The notes beneath the pieces were generated by a model. The model had not been told where the DNA came from, searched no databases, and was given only the letters and a program-made list of their open reading frames with translations. A program made the position numbers and the translations under genes. Shown piece after piece: positions 18,301-27,840 of a stretch of DNA of 56,460 nt (within the stretch, counting starts at the first letter, position 1; the number at the start of each line of letters is the position of its first letter). This stretch comes from Armatimonadia bacterium (GTDB taxonomy: Bacteria; Armatimonadota; Zipacnadia; Zipacnadales; UBA11051). The stretch lies in contig JBDKRC010000331.1 of assembly GCA_039683575.1 (NCBI GenBank), positions 1-56,460 on the forward strand, in the 5' to 3' direction.

Positions 18301-19227
18301 ATTGGCTATGTCGAGGCGATCCTGGTCCGTCCATACGGGCAGTTCCTCGACCAGATCCCACCACCGAACATGGGCGGCGGTGCCGGGCTCCATCTCAACG
18401 CGACGAGGCATCACCGACAGCAAGGCGCGATTGGCATCGAGGATTTGCTTCATGAGCGGCGGCAATTCAGGGTTGCCGTTCCAGAACCAGGTCTGCGCGA
18501 GCCGCGCGATGGCGCCGGTGACTGTGGCAGCGTTGCCATTGGGACAGGACGCGACCTTCCCCTCGGCATCCATCAGCTTGAGGTCCTGGAGATACTGCCG
18601 GAAGTAGTCGAGGCCGCTGTACTGGGGCTGGCGCTTGGAGGAGAGAGAGTCTGTTGGCGCCGGGTAGAAACGCTTCGGTACGGGGACCGACTGGACCTCG
18701 AGCAGAGGCTGGGCTAACACCACGTCACGACCAGTGACATGTTTGTCCACGAAGACCTGCACCGCCCGGAGCAGCCCATCGGCGTCCGAGGCTGTCAGTG
18801 CGAGGACGTTCGAGCCGTTGGCAAACGGGTCGTGGATGGTGCGCAGGATATACCCACCAGGGCCGGGGAAGATCGAATCACCGTTGGCATACCCCTTGCC
18901 CCACAAGACGGCGAGCAGGCGGTTGTTGTTGATGTTGCCCAGAGCGACGACATTGCGCCCGGCGAGACGGGCAAAATCAGCCTGCCATTCCTCTGAGACC
19001 AGTTTGGAGGCGGGTAGGCTTTCGAGCTTAACCCCTGTGGCCTTCTCGACTGCCGACAAAAAGGCACCGGCAGCGGGACACTCCCCATCGGGCAAGACCA
19101 CGAGAGCGCGGGGCTTCCCGCCCATGCAAATCTCAGTGCGCGCGTAGAGCGGCTTGAGGGCCGTGAGCGGTTGTGCGACGGCAGCCACGACTGCAATAGC
19201 CAGCACGAGCGGCAGGAGATAGCGCAT
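15385..19227 (-). CDS. Large exported protein, heparinase II/III-like core with a C-terminal FG-GAP/PQQ-like beta-propeller
   Basis: Signal peptide; GHMHNDVNTI..WLVD (heparinase II/III-like), WERTIFW; repeated DLTGDG, DLNADG, DLDADG and DIDGDG motifs. Confidence 0.7.
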   Translation of the reverse strand: MRYLLPLVLAIAVVAAVAQPLTALKPLYARTEICMGGKPRALVVLPDGECPAAGAFLSAVEKATGVKLESLPASKLVSEEWQADFARLAGRNVVALGNINNNRLLAVLWGKGYANGDSIFPGPGGYILRTIHDPFANGSNVLALTASDADGLLRAVQVFVDKHVTGRDVVLAQPLLEVQSVPVPKRFYPAPTDSLSSKRQPQYSGLDYFRQYLQDLKLMDAEGKVASCPNGNAATVTGAIARLAQTWFWNGNPELPPLMKQILDANRALLSVMPRRVEMEPGTAAHVRWWDLVEELPVWTDQDRLDIANALLADARQGHEKRAVHDMVKDGMVQVVDENHGTNAAQNDYLAWQYFDRYYKLPESKYWMQVASATYLGQAASHQVLEDASGYLCYCPIDAMEHAFAEGDLTYLKRGIALGHAEYIAQACVNNLGLASGFGDDGSLVEPGLYEAIAPAAWYYRDPRLSWVAHNLLPQACGLRTFTNAIPVNLDIPEQEPTDWTGLSVFPIFKQTLRKGQGSKNPVFDPRESAGSEWFNKAVFRDRWSPDAQYLLLDGSGKFGTPEGYPNGPAGHMHNDVNTIINYTDQGRMWLVDHTYSTRSIQDHSGLYIVRNGEVGYQVHEAKLRAAAQSPALALTTSTFEGFSGADWERTIFWQRGKRFIVLDRALAREPGDYVVRCSYRGLGEASLDGPSLKLTQSGKSCTITSDGRARLDVVDFAMPNPDEWKSAYPHCAPIARIFQQDKSAHLEPGQFVSFINVIEAGASAPQVTLKPLSAAAALIEEGGTKALCGVGPMPGGTGETTAFVVERERALLTGLTRLGPADEPLLQVTGPVTLSMEDWSLSLECPQPVTVTVTGEKPVQLAAGHQALVDGAALIRRFLQQRLSEADALAAAYTANAAKAGAGEVFGLRTSPTRLDSAVAAVTTADLTGDGEPEWLTAASDGIRAYDGTKLLWHVASPSPCGVIAAADLNADGKVEVVTGTAEGQVRALDAQGKELWAFTCKPTRMPTPAVDWLRIADLDADGKPEVIVGAAWLHCLDGAGQLKWEKYLCLTRGSITGNFERGDIADIDGDGKLEIAALFNYSYPKALIFDHTGKVIVPADYDNDRNPGLNIDSPQVALLLALRGAGTPPNLLVGGPSYLHCFWAVGPYAEKFAGRKAGCFTHLAFWQPAGEPPILLAATDLGLLHAYRAVRQTNEALELSKLWTADAGDRISALSVADNGRVLIGGKAGTVQLLDALTGKPLGRTAATGSRVVQFLTIANTPHAVHADGLIESVSLAN

Positions 19228-19346
19228 CGCAAACCTCGTCTCGTTGCGGCGGATGCTGGTAGGTTTGTTCAGTCAGCCCTCTGGTTCCTCCTGGAGAGGG
19301 TTTGCCGGTCGCTTTGGAGAAGTCTGCCTCAACAAACGAGGGAGTG

Positions 19347-19589
19347 ATGTTGATGTCGGCTGTAATGAGCGAACAAGACCTGCTGTTGGCTGCCCAGGCG
19401 TATCTGAAGAGCCACTACGGCGAGGACACGGTACGTATGGACGTATTGAGTAACAAGGTGGAAGGCGGCAACGGAGCGCTGACGGTGGAGTGCACAGTGA
19501 GCATCGGCGGGTCGCGGTCGAACTGGCGCAAGACGTTCACCTTCCGCGACGGGGAAGTAACGAACATGACGTGGCGGCATTTGGGCTAG
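19347..19589 (+). CDS. Small hypothetical protein (~80 aa, alpha/beta)
   Basis: GAGGGAG RBS before ATGs at 19347/19353/19365; globular-looking sequence with typical codon usage. Confidence 0.65.
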   Translation: MLMSAVMSEQDLLLAAQAYLKSHYGEDTVRMDVLSNKVEGGNGALTVECTVSIGGSRSNWRKTFTFRDGEVTNMTWRHLG

Positions 19590-19690
19590 TTGCCGAACCG
19601 CGCACCGAGAGCGCACACGAAAAAAGGGTGAGGGAAAAGCCCCCCGGCTCTCCCCTCACCCCACCTCTTCCCCCAAAGAGGCCCCCTGAC

Positions 19691-20458
19691 CTACGGATTG
19701 CAGACGCTATAGGAGGCGCCCGCCACTTGTCTGCGGGAGCCGGAGGCGCCGAAGGCATAGCTGGCGCCAATGAAGAGGTTATGGTCATCACCAGCGAACA
19801 GACCGCCTGGGGCGGCGTTGGTGAAGCCCGCCTGGATCGTCCAGCGATCGTCATAGCGATACCGGCCGTAGATGGAACTCAGCGGGTCCTCATCGCCGAG
19901 ATCGCCACTGGCGGACTGCAGTTCCACTCCCAGCTCCAGGCCGTTGCTGAGTGTGCCTTCGAGGCTACCGAAGATGCGGAAGGCGTCCTCGTTGTCGTCA
20001 AAGAAGTCCAGCCTCGTCCAGTTGACGCCGAGGCTGCCGCGAATTGGCGTTCGGCTCAAGTTGGCGAGTTGGCGAGTGTGTACGGCGTACACCTGCCAGC
20101 CCTTGGTGTCAATGTCCCTCGCCTTGTCATACATGATACCGACGGCGGTGCCCGCGCCGGCGCCGCTGAGGAAACGCGTTCCTAGTTTCGCGTTCAAGCC
20201 CCAGACGTCGCTGGCATTGTTGAAGCTCCACATGCCGCCGACTTCCAGATTGTCGGTAGCCCCATACAACACCCGCAGGGGGACGGTTGAATCATCGTCG
20301 GTATTCAACCAGTCGAGGGAGACATCGAAGAGCTTTTTGCCGAGCAAGTCAGCCGTGGGCAACACCGCGCCACCAGACCCGCCAAACAGCGTGGTCCCAC
20401 CTTGCGCGAAAAGCGGCCCCACCATTAGCACAGCAAGCAATGGTGCCAGGTACTTCAT
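19691..20458 (-). CDS. Probable outer-membrane beta-barrel protein
   Basis: Signal peptide; FGGSGGAVLPTAD start; alternating amphipathic strands; IGASYAF near the C-terminus. Confidence 0.65.
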   Translation of the reverse strand: MKYLAPLLAVLMVGPLFAQGGTTLFGGSGGAVLPTADLLGKKLFDVSLDWLNTDDDSTVPLRVLYGATDNLEVGGMWSFNNASDVWGLNAKLGTRFLSGAGAGTAVGIMYDKARDIDTKGWQVYAVHTRQLANLSRTPIRGSLGVNWTRLDFFDDNEDAFRIFGSLEGTLSNGLELGVELQSASGDLGDEDPLSSIYGRYRYDDRWTIQAGFTNAAPGGLFAGDDHNLFIGASYAFGASGSRRQVAGASYSVCNP

Positions 20459-20652
20459 CTACTTACCACCACCTCATCCAGCGCACTCTCCGGGTTATTC
20501 CCCGGTTGAACGTGATTGTGCCCTGAATGGGGCTCAACGTGCAATCAGGGCAGGTCCGATTTCACAAGGGCAATCCCCCTAAGTTCAGAGGAAGGTTAGA
20601 AACCGCACGGAAGGGAAAGCAGTGCGGTTTTTCAGGTGAAAGGATCGATAAT

Positions 20653-21957
20653 ATGCGCAAGATCGTGTTCATCGGTGCTGGCAGCGGTTTCGGCCAGCGA
20701 CTCTGCAACGACATTCTCGCCAACGAGGAACTCCAGAACTGTCACATCGCGCTCGTGGACATCAACGAGCGGCACCTCGAGACGGTCACCGACTGCGTGC
20801 GCAGCATGATTGAGAAACACAACCTGCCTGCGACGCTGGAGGCGACTACAGACCGGCGGTCAGTGATGGCCGGTGCGGACTATATAGTGATCTCGGTGGC
20901 CATCGGCGGCCCGGCCTATGACGGCGTGCCCTATTACCATGAGATCACCATCCCCGCCAAGTACGGCGTGCGGCAGGAAGTAGGCGACACGCTCGGGCCA
21001 GGTGGTGTCTTCCGCACACTCCGGTCTGCGCCGGAGATGATGGCGATTGCCAGGGATGTTGCGGAACTATGCCCCAAAGCATGGGTTCTGAACTATACCA
21101 ACCCGATGGCGATGCTGACATGGTTGATGAATGTCACGGCGCCGATCAACGTCGTAGGTCTCTGCCATTCGGTCCAGGGCACGGCAGCGCAACTGGCGGG
21201 GTACTTGGGCCTACCGGCAGATGAGGTGCGCTACTGGGTCGCAGGCATCAACCACATGTCATGGTTCCTGGAGCTTACGCACAACGGCGAGGACCTCTAC
21301 CCGCGGCTGCGGCAGGCGATGGAAGACCCGGAGATCTACGCGAAGGATACCGTCAGGTTCGAGATCTTCCGGCATTTCGACTACTTCGTCACCGAGTCCA
21401 CGCGGCACATGTCCGAGTACGTGCCGTATTTCCGCAAGAACCCCGAACTGATGGAGCGGTTCGGCCTGATCCTGCGCGAGCCGGCGGAGGTGTCGCAAGA
21501 TAAGCGGTGGGGATGGCTGCAGGAGATCAAGCAGCAGCTTCAGGATGCGGACCCGGACACCGAACTCAAGCCGTCAGGAGAGTACGCGGCGCGCATCATA
21601 CACGCCATCGAGACCAACCAGACCTACCGCTTCAATGGCAACATGATGAACGATGGCATCATCAGCAATCTGCCGCCGGAGTGCTGTGTTGAGGTCCCCT
21701 GCCTCACTGACGCGACGGGCGTCCGGCCCTGCTATGTGGGGAGCCTGCCGGTAACGCTGGCGGCGATGAACCAGTCCAACGTTGCGGTACAGCAGTTGAC
21801 GGTCGAGGCCTGCCTTGAAGGCAACAAGCGCAAGGCCTTCCATGCAGTGGCGCTGGACCCGCTGACGGCGGCGCAGTGCAGTCTGGACCAGATTCAGCAG
21901 ATGTTTGACGAGATGTGGGCGGCGGATGCGCCGTGGTTGGGAGACGGCTGGAAGTAG
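20653..21957 (+). CDS. melA: Family 4 glycoside hydrolase (NAD+/Mn-dependent alpha-galactosidase)
   Basis: KIVFIGAGS, GDTLGPGGVFRTLR, NYTNPMAM, VGLCHSVQG, AGINHMSWF, FVTESTRHMSEYVPYF. Confidence 0.9.
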   Translation: MRKIVFIGAGSGFGQRLCNDILANEELQNCHIALVDINERHLETVTDCVRSMIEKHNLPATLEATTDRRSVMAGADYIVISVAIGGPAYDGVPYYHEITIPAKYGVRQEVGDTLGPGGVFRTLRSAPEMMAIARDVAELCPKAWVLNYTNPMAMLTWLMNVTAPINVVGLCHSVQGTAAQLAGYLGLPADEVRYWVAGINHMSWFLELTHNGEDLYPRLRQAMEDPEIYAKDTVRFEIFRHFDYFVTESTRHMSEYVPYFRKNPELMERFGLILREPAEVSQDKRWGWLQEIKQQLQDADPDTELKPSGEYAARIIHAIETNQTYRFNGNMMNDGIISNLPPECCVEVPCLTDATGVRPCYVGSLPVTLAAMNQSNVAVQQLTVEACLEGNKRKAFHAVALDPLTAAQCSLDQIQQMFDEMWAADAPWLGDGWK

Positions 21958-21995
21958 GCGCGGCCTACGCGGCACGCTGGAGTGGAGCAATTGCA

Positions 21996-23081
21996 ATGCG
22001 CTTTGGACTTATCGGTCTCGGGGCTGCCGGGCGCAGCCATCTTGAAGTGCTGGCAAACATGCCGGAGGTGGAGCTGGTCGGCATCGCGGACCTGCAGCAG
22101 CAGTCTGTGGACGCGATGCAGGCGCAGTATGGCGTACCCGGCACGACCGACCCTGCGGATCTCATCAACGACCCGTCGATCGAGGTCATCGCCATCGTCG
22201 CCGGCGACAAGGCTCATCACCCGCTCGTGATGGCCTGCGCCGCAGCTGGTAAGCACGTGGTGTGCGAGAAGCCAATCGCCACCAACGTGGCCGACGCTCG
22301 CGAGATGGTAGGCGCAATGGACGCGAGCGGCAAGCTGTTCTGCATCACCTTCAACAACCGCACCGATGCGGTACAGGGCCGCATCCGCGAGCTTGCCCTC
22401 TCAGGCGCCATCGGCAACATCCGCATGGTACGCCTGGTTGGCCTCATGGCGGCGCCCGACCATAAGAGCCTGCGCGACGAAATGGGCGAGCCGGCGGCAT
22501 ACCGGCGGCTGCTCAACATCTGTGAAGACGGCAAGAATGCCCTCTTTGACTGTGGCGTACACAGCTTCGACTATGCCCGATTCCTCACGGGCAGCGACTT
22601 CGCGCATATCGAGGCCATGGGCTACAGTCTCCGAGGGCTGACCTACCCAGACCACGGCGTGGCGCTGTGCTCTATGGACAACGGCATCTTCGTCATGGTT
22701 GAAAAGGGCTTTGACTACGCCTTCGAGGCCAGCGCACGTAAGGAATACGTGCGTTACGAAGTCATCGGCGACGCAGGCAGCCTTGCCTGGGACCTCGACA
22801 CGCAGACGCTCAAGGTCTATGGGGCCAAAGAGAGCTGGGAAGAGCAGGTTGGCCACGGCGGCAAGGCATCCGTCCGGGAGCTGATCTACCGCGGATTTGT
22901 GGAGAGCGTCAAGGCGGGCAAGCTTCATCCCTGGCTCGCCTCCGGCCTCGACGGCCTGAGGGCAACGGAAGCGGCACAGGCAGCCCTGGATAGCATGATG
23001 CGAAAGGGCGTCGTCAAGCGAGACGTGGGGCCTGTGGTGAACTGGTTTGAGGGAAAGGATTTCGTTACGAAGCGAGACTGA
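21996..23081 (+). CDS. Gfo/Idh/MocA-family oxidoreductase
   Basis: GLIGLGAAG Rossmann motif, GKHVVCEKPIA, DCGVHSFD. Confidence 0.9.
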   Translation: MRFGLIGLGAAGRSHLEVLANMPEVELVGIADLQQQSVDAMQAQYGVPGTTDPADLINDPSIEVIAIVAGDKAHHPLVMACAAAGKHVVCEKPIATNVADAREMVGAMDASGKLFCITFNNRTDAVQGRIRELALSGAIGNIRMVRLVGLMAAPDHKSLRDEMGEPAAYRRLLNICEDGKNALFDCGVHSFDYARFLTGSDFAHIEAMGYSLRGLTYPDHGVALCSMDNGIFVMVEKGFDYAFEASARKEYVRYEVIGDAGSLAWDLDTQTLKVYGAKESWEEQVGHGGKASVRELIYRGFVESVKAGKLHPWLASGLDGLRATEAAQAALDSMMRKGVVKRDVGPVVNWFEGKDFVTKRD

Positions 23082-23109
23082 TGCGACCCGCACGCGAACG
23101 CTGATCGGT

Positions 23110-23197
23110 CAACATGGGGACGGAGCCTTCGCGCCGACGTCTGCATCGGTGGAATCCCTCAAGCCTCCATCGGCGCGAAGGCTCCGTCCCCGTGTTG
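23110..23197. repeat. 88-nt element with long terminal inverted arms (CAA.ATGGGGACGGAG family)
   Basis: 28-bp arms caacatggggacggagccttcgcgccga / tcggcgcgaaggctccgtccccgtgttg; sister copy at 49673-49760. Confidence 0.8.
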
Positions 23198-23247
23198 GGC
23201 CACACGCTTCGGCGCATGGCATAGAGACCAAAGACAAAAGGTACAAC

Positions 23248-25710
23248 ATGACGAGCAATAGGCAGCGGGGGATTTTCTGGGCGAGCCTTGGCTTGTTCGT
23301 GGCGAGCTTTGCCCACGCACAGGCAGAATGGGACTTCGAGGACGCCAAGATCACCTGGCGTCCCCGCTCCGACACCGTGAAGCTCACGCGCGTGGAGGGC
23401 CAGGACCGCACCGGGCAGGGCAAAGCCTGCTTGCGCGTCGCCGGGTCACAGCGGGATGGCTGGAACTATGCCGCCTCTGAGCCCCAGCCCATGACCGCAG
23501 GCCAACTGTACCGTCTCTCCGCGTGGGTGAAGGTGGACCAACTGCCCGAGGGAACCACCGCCCCCTCACTCAAATGCGAATTCCAGGCTGACGACCCTCG
23601 CGAAGTCGGGCGCGTGGTGACCAACACTTACGACACGAGGCGCCTGGGGCAGTGGCAGGAGCTGTCCATCACCTTCCGCGCGATGGCCGGGACCACCGGC
23701 TACTGGCTGGCGGTCGAAAAGGGCGGCAACGCGCCCATGGCCATCGACCTGTTGCTGGATGATGTGACCGTCGAGCCAGCCGACGCCACCAGCATTCTCA
23801 AGCAGTACGGGCTCACGCCGATGCCGGCCCCGCTTGTGAAATACAAGGGCACGCACCCACGCATGTACCTCAATGCCTCGCGCGTGGCCGCCCTGCGCGA
23901 GGCCGTGAAGACTACTCACGCGGCCGTGTGGCAGGAGTGTCAGGCAATAGCGGACCGGCTTGCCAAGAGCGGCCCGCCCAAGTACGTCCGCGAGGACAAG
24001 TACAGCGGCGAGGAGCAGCTCTGGCAGCGCGAGGTCGGCAATGCGATGCCGACGCTGGCGCTGGCCTATGTCGTCACCAGAGATCAGAAGTACCTCGACA
24101 GCGCACGGGCGTGGGCATTGGCCTCGTGCGGGTACGAGACCTGGGGGCTGGGGCGCATTGACGGCATGGACCTGGCGACCGGCCATCAGCTCTTCGGGCT
24201 GGGGATCGTGTATGACTGGTGCTACGAGGGGCTGGGCGAGGAGGCGCGCCGAACGATCCGCGAGACGCTCGTGAAGCGAGCCGGGCGGATGGCCGAGGCG
24301 GCTGCCTGCGGGCAGGCATGGTGGCAGAAGTCGTATATGCAGAATCACCTGTGGGTCAACGCTGCAGGGCTGGCGGCTGCCGGCTTTGCGATCTGTGACG
24401 AAGAGCCCGAGGCCGCGCTATGGATCGGCCTGCCGCTGGACAAGTTCAAACGCACCATGGAGGCCCTCGGCCCCGACGGTGCGAGCCATGAGGGCGTGGG
24501 CTACTGGCAGTATGGCGCGGAATACATGCTCAAGTTCATGTGGCTGGCACGCGACCTGCTCGACGTGGACATGTTCAGTAACGACTGGTGGCGCAATACC
24601 GCGCGCTATGCGCTGTACTTCCAGCTTCCGCGCAACGCCTGGGCCGGGCGGAACTGCATCGTAGACATCGCTGACTGCCCCCGCACCAACTGGTACGGCC
24701 CCGACTATATGCTGCGGCTGCTGGCGACGGAGTACCAGGACCCTTACGCGCAGTGGCTCGCCAGCGAGGTGGATGCCGCCAATATCAGCGCGGCGGGCGC
24801 GCCGTGGCTGAATGTCCTATGGCACAATGCAGCGCTGGCTCCCAAGCCTCCCACTGACCTGCCGACTTTGCGGCATTTCGAGGACATGGGCCTGGTGTCG
24901 GCGCGGTCGGACTGGTCGGGCGACGAATCAATGGTAGTGTTCAAGTGTGGCCCCTTCATCGGCCACAAAGCGGTGCAGGAGTTCGACTACGACCCCGGTG
25001 GCGGGCATGTGCATCCCGATGCCAACCACTTCCTGATCTTCAGTGGCGGGGAATGGCTGATCCGGGACGATGGCTACGCCAGCAAGATGACCGCCCAGCA
25101 CAATACACTGCTCGTGGACGGCAAAGGGCAGATGGGCGAGGCGCATTGGTTCTCGGGCGCGGCGCTGCTGCGCCTGAAGGCCTATCCGAAGGTGGAGAAG
25201 GCGGCGTCCCAGCCAGCGCTGGATCATATTGTGGGGGATGCGACGGCGGCCTATGCGCCGCAGAGTGGGCTGAAGAAGTACCGGCGGCATTTGCTGTTCG
25301 TGAAGCCAAACGTGCTGCTCGTTCTGGATGATATCCAGACGGATAAGCCTAGCAAGCTCGAACTGCGCTTTCACCCCGAGCAGAAGACGGCGGAGGCCGA
25401 TGGGAACGCGTTCGTGTGCCGCAGCGACAAGATGGCCCTCCGCGTCGAGCCGCTGACGCTGGACGGAGTGACCGCCAGCGCCGAAAACACTGACCAGATT
25501 GACCGCAACAACAAGGCCCTGCCGATGTTCACAATCCGCCTGCAGGCCGAGAAGCAGGCCTGGCGCAATGCCACGGCCCTGTCGTGGTGCAAGGCGGGGG
25601 AGGCGCCAGTGGCGGTGAGCCTGAAGGCGGACGGGGACAGGTGGACGTTCCGGGTGGGCGAGACGACTGTATTGTTTGTCTGGGATACGGAGGCGGCGGC
25701 GGTGAGGTGA
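23248..25710 (+). CDS. Exported CBM4/9-like + DUF4962 + heparinase II/III-like protein (putative polysaccharide lyase)
   Basis: Signal peptide; YRLSAWVK..LLDDV CBM-like domain; HPRMYL, QNHLW, DGASHEGVGYWQYG, GHVHPDANHF, HNTLLVDGKGQ. Confidence 0.8.
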   Translation: MTSNRQRGIFWASLGLFVASFAHAQAEWDFEDAKITWRPRSDTVKLTRVEGQDRTGQGKACLRVAGSQRDGWNYAASEPQPMTAGQLYRLSAWVKVDQLPEGTTAPSLKCEFQADDPREVGRVVTNTYDTRRLGQWQELSITFRAMAGTTGYWLAVEKGGNAPMAIDLLLDDVTVEPADATSILKQYGLTPMPAPLVKYKGTHPRMYLNASRVAALREAVKTTHAAVWQECQAIADRLAKSGPPKYVREDKYSGEEQLWQREVGNAMPTLALAYVVTRDQKYLDSARAWALASCGYETWGLGRIDGMDLATGHQLFGLGIVYDWCYEGLGEEARRTIRETLVKRAGRMAEAAACGQAWWQKSYMQNHLWVNAAGLAAAGFAICDEEPEAALWIGLPLDKFKRTMEALGPDGASHEGVGYWQYGAEYMLKFMWLARDLLDVDMFSNDWWRNTARYALYFQLPRNAWAGRNCIVDIADCPRTNWYGPDYMLRLLATEYQDPYAQWLASEVDAANISAAGAPWLNVLWHNAALAPKPPTDLPTLRHFEDMGLVSARSDWSGDESMVVFKCGPFIGHKAVQEFDYDPGGGHVHPDANHFLIFSGGEWLIRDDGYASKMTAQHNTLLVDGKGQMGEAHWFSGAALLRLKAYPKVEKAASQPALDHIVGDATAAYAPQSGLKKYRRHLLFVKPNVLLVLDDIQTDKPSKLELRFHPEQKTAEADGNAFVCRSDKMALRVEPLTLDGVTASAENTDQIDRNNKALPMFTIRLQAEKQAWRNATALSWCKAGEAPVAVSLKADGDRWTFRVGETTVLFVWDTEAAAVR

Positions 25711-25749
25711 CGGCAGGTCGGTGTACATCAGCGGCGAATACTCCCACAC

Positions 25750-26637
25750 ATGAAGACCACAAACCGCTTCATCGTCACCATGGACGACCCCGGCGGGTTG
25801 ATCCAGGACCTCGCCACCTTCGAGCGCGCCCGCAGGTTCTTCGATAGCCAGAATGTCCCGGCCAGCTTCATGGTTGTGCCTCGTGGCGAGGGGGACTGGC
25901 TGCTCGACCAGCAGTCGCAGTGGCTTGAGGCGCTGCACTCAGCGGAGCAGGACGGGCATGACTGCCAGCTTCACGGTCTGGACCACAAGGACTGCGAGTT
26001 TGGGCCCTATCCGGCCATGATCCGCGCTCTGCATGGTACTGACCCCGAATCTGTCCTGCAGTCCGACACCGCTCAGTTCGGGCACACGTGGCACTACGCC
26101 TCATATCTCGGCAAGCTGAGGACCGCGCTCGAGATCTTTGGGCGCGCCTTCGATCGCCGTCCGCTGGTGTTCCGCACGGGGGCGCTCTCGCAGACGCCTG
26201 AGCTTTACGACGCTGCTGCCGATGTCGGCCTGCGGTATACCTCCAACCGCGTAGTTGACCCTCGTGGCTGGGAGTACATCGTCGAGAACTACGACAACCC
26301 CGGCGACTGGGACCCGGCTGTCCCCCCTCTCCCCTATCACCTCAACGACCGCGTCATCAACCTCCCCATGATCAGTGAGTACGCGTGGTACCTGACCGAG
26401 GAGAAGATCGACCGCCACCTGGCCCTCGCCCTCGACGACCTCCAGCGCGTATACGCGACCGGCGGCGTCTACGTCCTCATCTGCCACGTGCAGTGTGTGG
26501 GCGCCGAGGACGGCCTGTCGCAAAAGCTCCTGAGCAGGCTCTTTGAGGCGGCGCGGGCCAACTACGACGTTCAGTTCCAGACGCTCAGTGGGCTGGTTTC
26601 GGATGTGGAATTAGGCGCCGTACCTGTCCTGTCGTAA
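25750..26637 (+). CDS. Polysaccharide deacetylase-like protein (DUF2334/NodB fold)
   Basis: VTMDD, FMVVP, QLHGLDH, FRTG motifs. Confidence 0.75.
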   Translation: MKTTNRFIVTMDDPGGLIQDLATFERARRFFDSQNVPASFMVVPRGEGDWLLDQQSQWLEALHSAEQDGHDCQLHGLDHKDCEFGPYPAMIRALHGTDPESVLQSDTAQFGHTWHYASYLGKLRTALEIFGRAFDRRPLVFRTGALSQTPELYDAAADVGLRYTSNRVVDPRGWEYIVENYDNPGDWDPAVPPLPYHLNDRVINLPMISEYAWYLTEEKIDRHLALALDDLQRVYATGGVYVLICHVQCVGAEDGLSQKLLSRLFEAARANYDVQFQTLSGLVSDVELGAVPVLS

Positions 26638-26682
26638 GACGCAAGACGCCAGACGTAAGACCCAAACACAGGAGGCCTCACG

Positions 26683-27837
26683 ATGGGCGTTGATCGCTTC
26701 GACGGCGTTGAAATCGAGTACCTGCAGGACATCATGAGCCGCGGCGCGCTGTCGGGGCGCGGCGACGGCTATCAGGGGAAGCTGGAAGCGGCCTTCGCCG
26801 AGGCTTTCGGCGTGAAGCATGCGATCTCGGCCAATGCCGCGATGTCGCTGCTGATCTCGGCCGTGTATGCCGCAGGGGCCGGCGCGGGCGATGAGTACCT
26901 GTGCGACCCGCTGGTGCAGTTCCACGCCATTGGCGCGCTGTGGATGAATGCGCACCCGACGTGGGCCGATGTGTACCCCGATACGTGGCTGATGGACCCG
27001 GCCTCGGCGCGGGCGAACATCACGCCGCAGACGAAGGCGATCTGCGTCACGAACCTGTGGGGGCAGCCCGCGGAGGTTGATACGCTGCGGGCGCTGGCCG
27101 ACGAGAAGGGCATCGTGCTCATCGAAGACTGCGCGCACGCGATGTTCCTGCCCTACAAGGGCAAGTACGCGGGCACCTGGGGCCATATCGGCATCTACAG
27201 CTTCTGCCAGGGCAAGCACATGACCACCGGCGACGGTGGGATGGCCCTGACCGACGATGATGAACTGGCCGCCAAGATCCGCGCCGTCACCTGCTTTGGC
27301 GAGTCGCCGCCGCAGCTTGCCACGGTCTTTCGCATGACCGAGATGCAGGCCGCGGTGGGCCTGGCGCAGCTTGAGAAGGTCAAGGGCTACATCGAGGAGT
27401 ACCAGCGGTCGTACGCGCACCTGTCGGCGGCGCTGGAGGGCTGCGAGTGGCTCCAGCCCCGCGCCATCAAGGAAGGCTGCGGCAACTCGCCGTACATCTT
27501 CTCGTTCCTGTACAACGGCGATGAACACGGCATCGACCAGATGGCCTTCCAGCAGGGGCTCTTCGACAGCGGCGACCTGTGGAACACCGGCTTCACGCAA
27601 GTGCCCGCATACAAGTACAAGCTCTTCACCCAGCCGCTGGCCTACCAGAACAAGGGCTGCCCGACCCACGGCTGCCCGTACTATGAGGGCAACTACGAGT
27701 ACCGCGACGGGCTGTGCCCCAACGCCGAGGCGCTGCTCCCGCGGCTGGTCAACACCAATTGCATGATCTCCGAGGAGAACTCGAAGAAGGTCGCCGACGG
27801 GCTTCGCAAGGCCATTGAGAAAGCCGAGAAGGGTTAG
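26683..27837 (+). CDS. DegT/DnrJ/EryC1/StrS PLP-dependent aminotransferase
   Basis: LIEDCAHA, SFCQGKHMTTGDGG (PLP lysine), FRMTEMQAAVG, LCPNAE; AGGAGG RBS. Confidence 0.9.
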   Translation: MGVDRFDGVEIEYLQDIMSRGALSGRGDGYQGKLEAAFAEAFGVKHAISANAAMSLLISAVYAAGAGAGDEYLCDPLVQFHAIGALWMNAHPTWADVYPDTWLMDPASARANITPQTKAICVTNLWGQPAEVDTLRALADEKGIVLIEDCAHAMFLPYKGKYAGTWGHIGIYSFCQGKHMTTGDGGMALTDDDELAAKIRAVTCFGESPPQLATVFRMTEMQAAVGLAQLEKVKGYIEEYQRSYAHLSAALEGCEWLQPRAIKEGCGNSPYIFSFLYNGDEHGIDQMAFQQGLFDSGDLWNTGFTQVPAYKYKLFTQPLAYQNKGCPTHGCPYYEGNYEYRDGLCPNAEALLPRLVNTNCMISEENSKKVADGLRKAIEKAEKG

Positions 27838-27840
27838 CCC

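Noticed and set aside
25708-25752. TGA of the DUF4962 gene is in frame with the downstream deacetylase
   Set aside because: No SECIS-like stem and no Cys/Gly motif; the upstream protein is exported while the downstream one looks cytoplasmic
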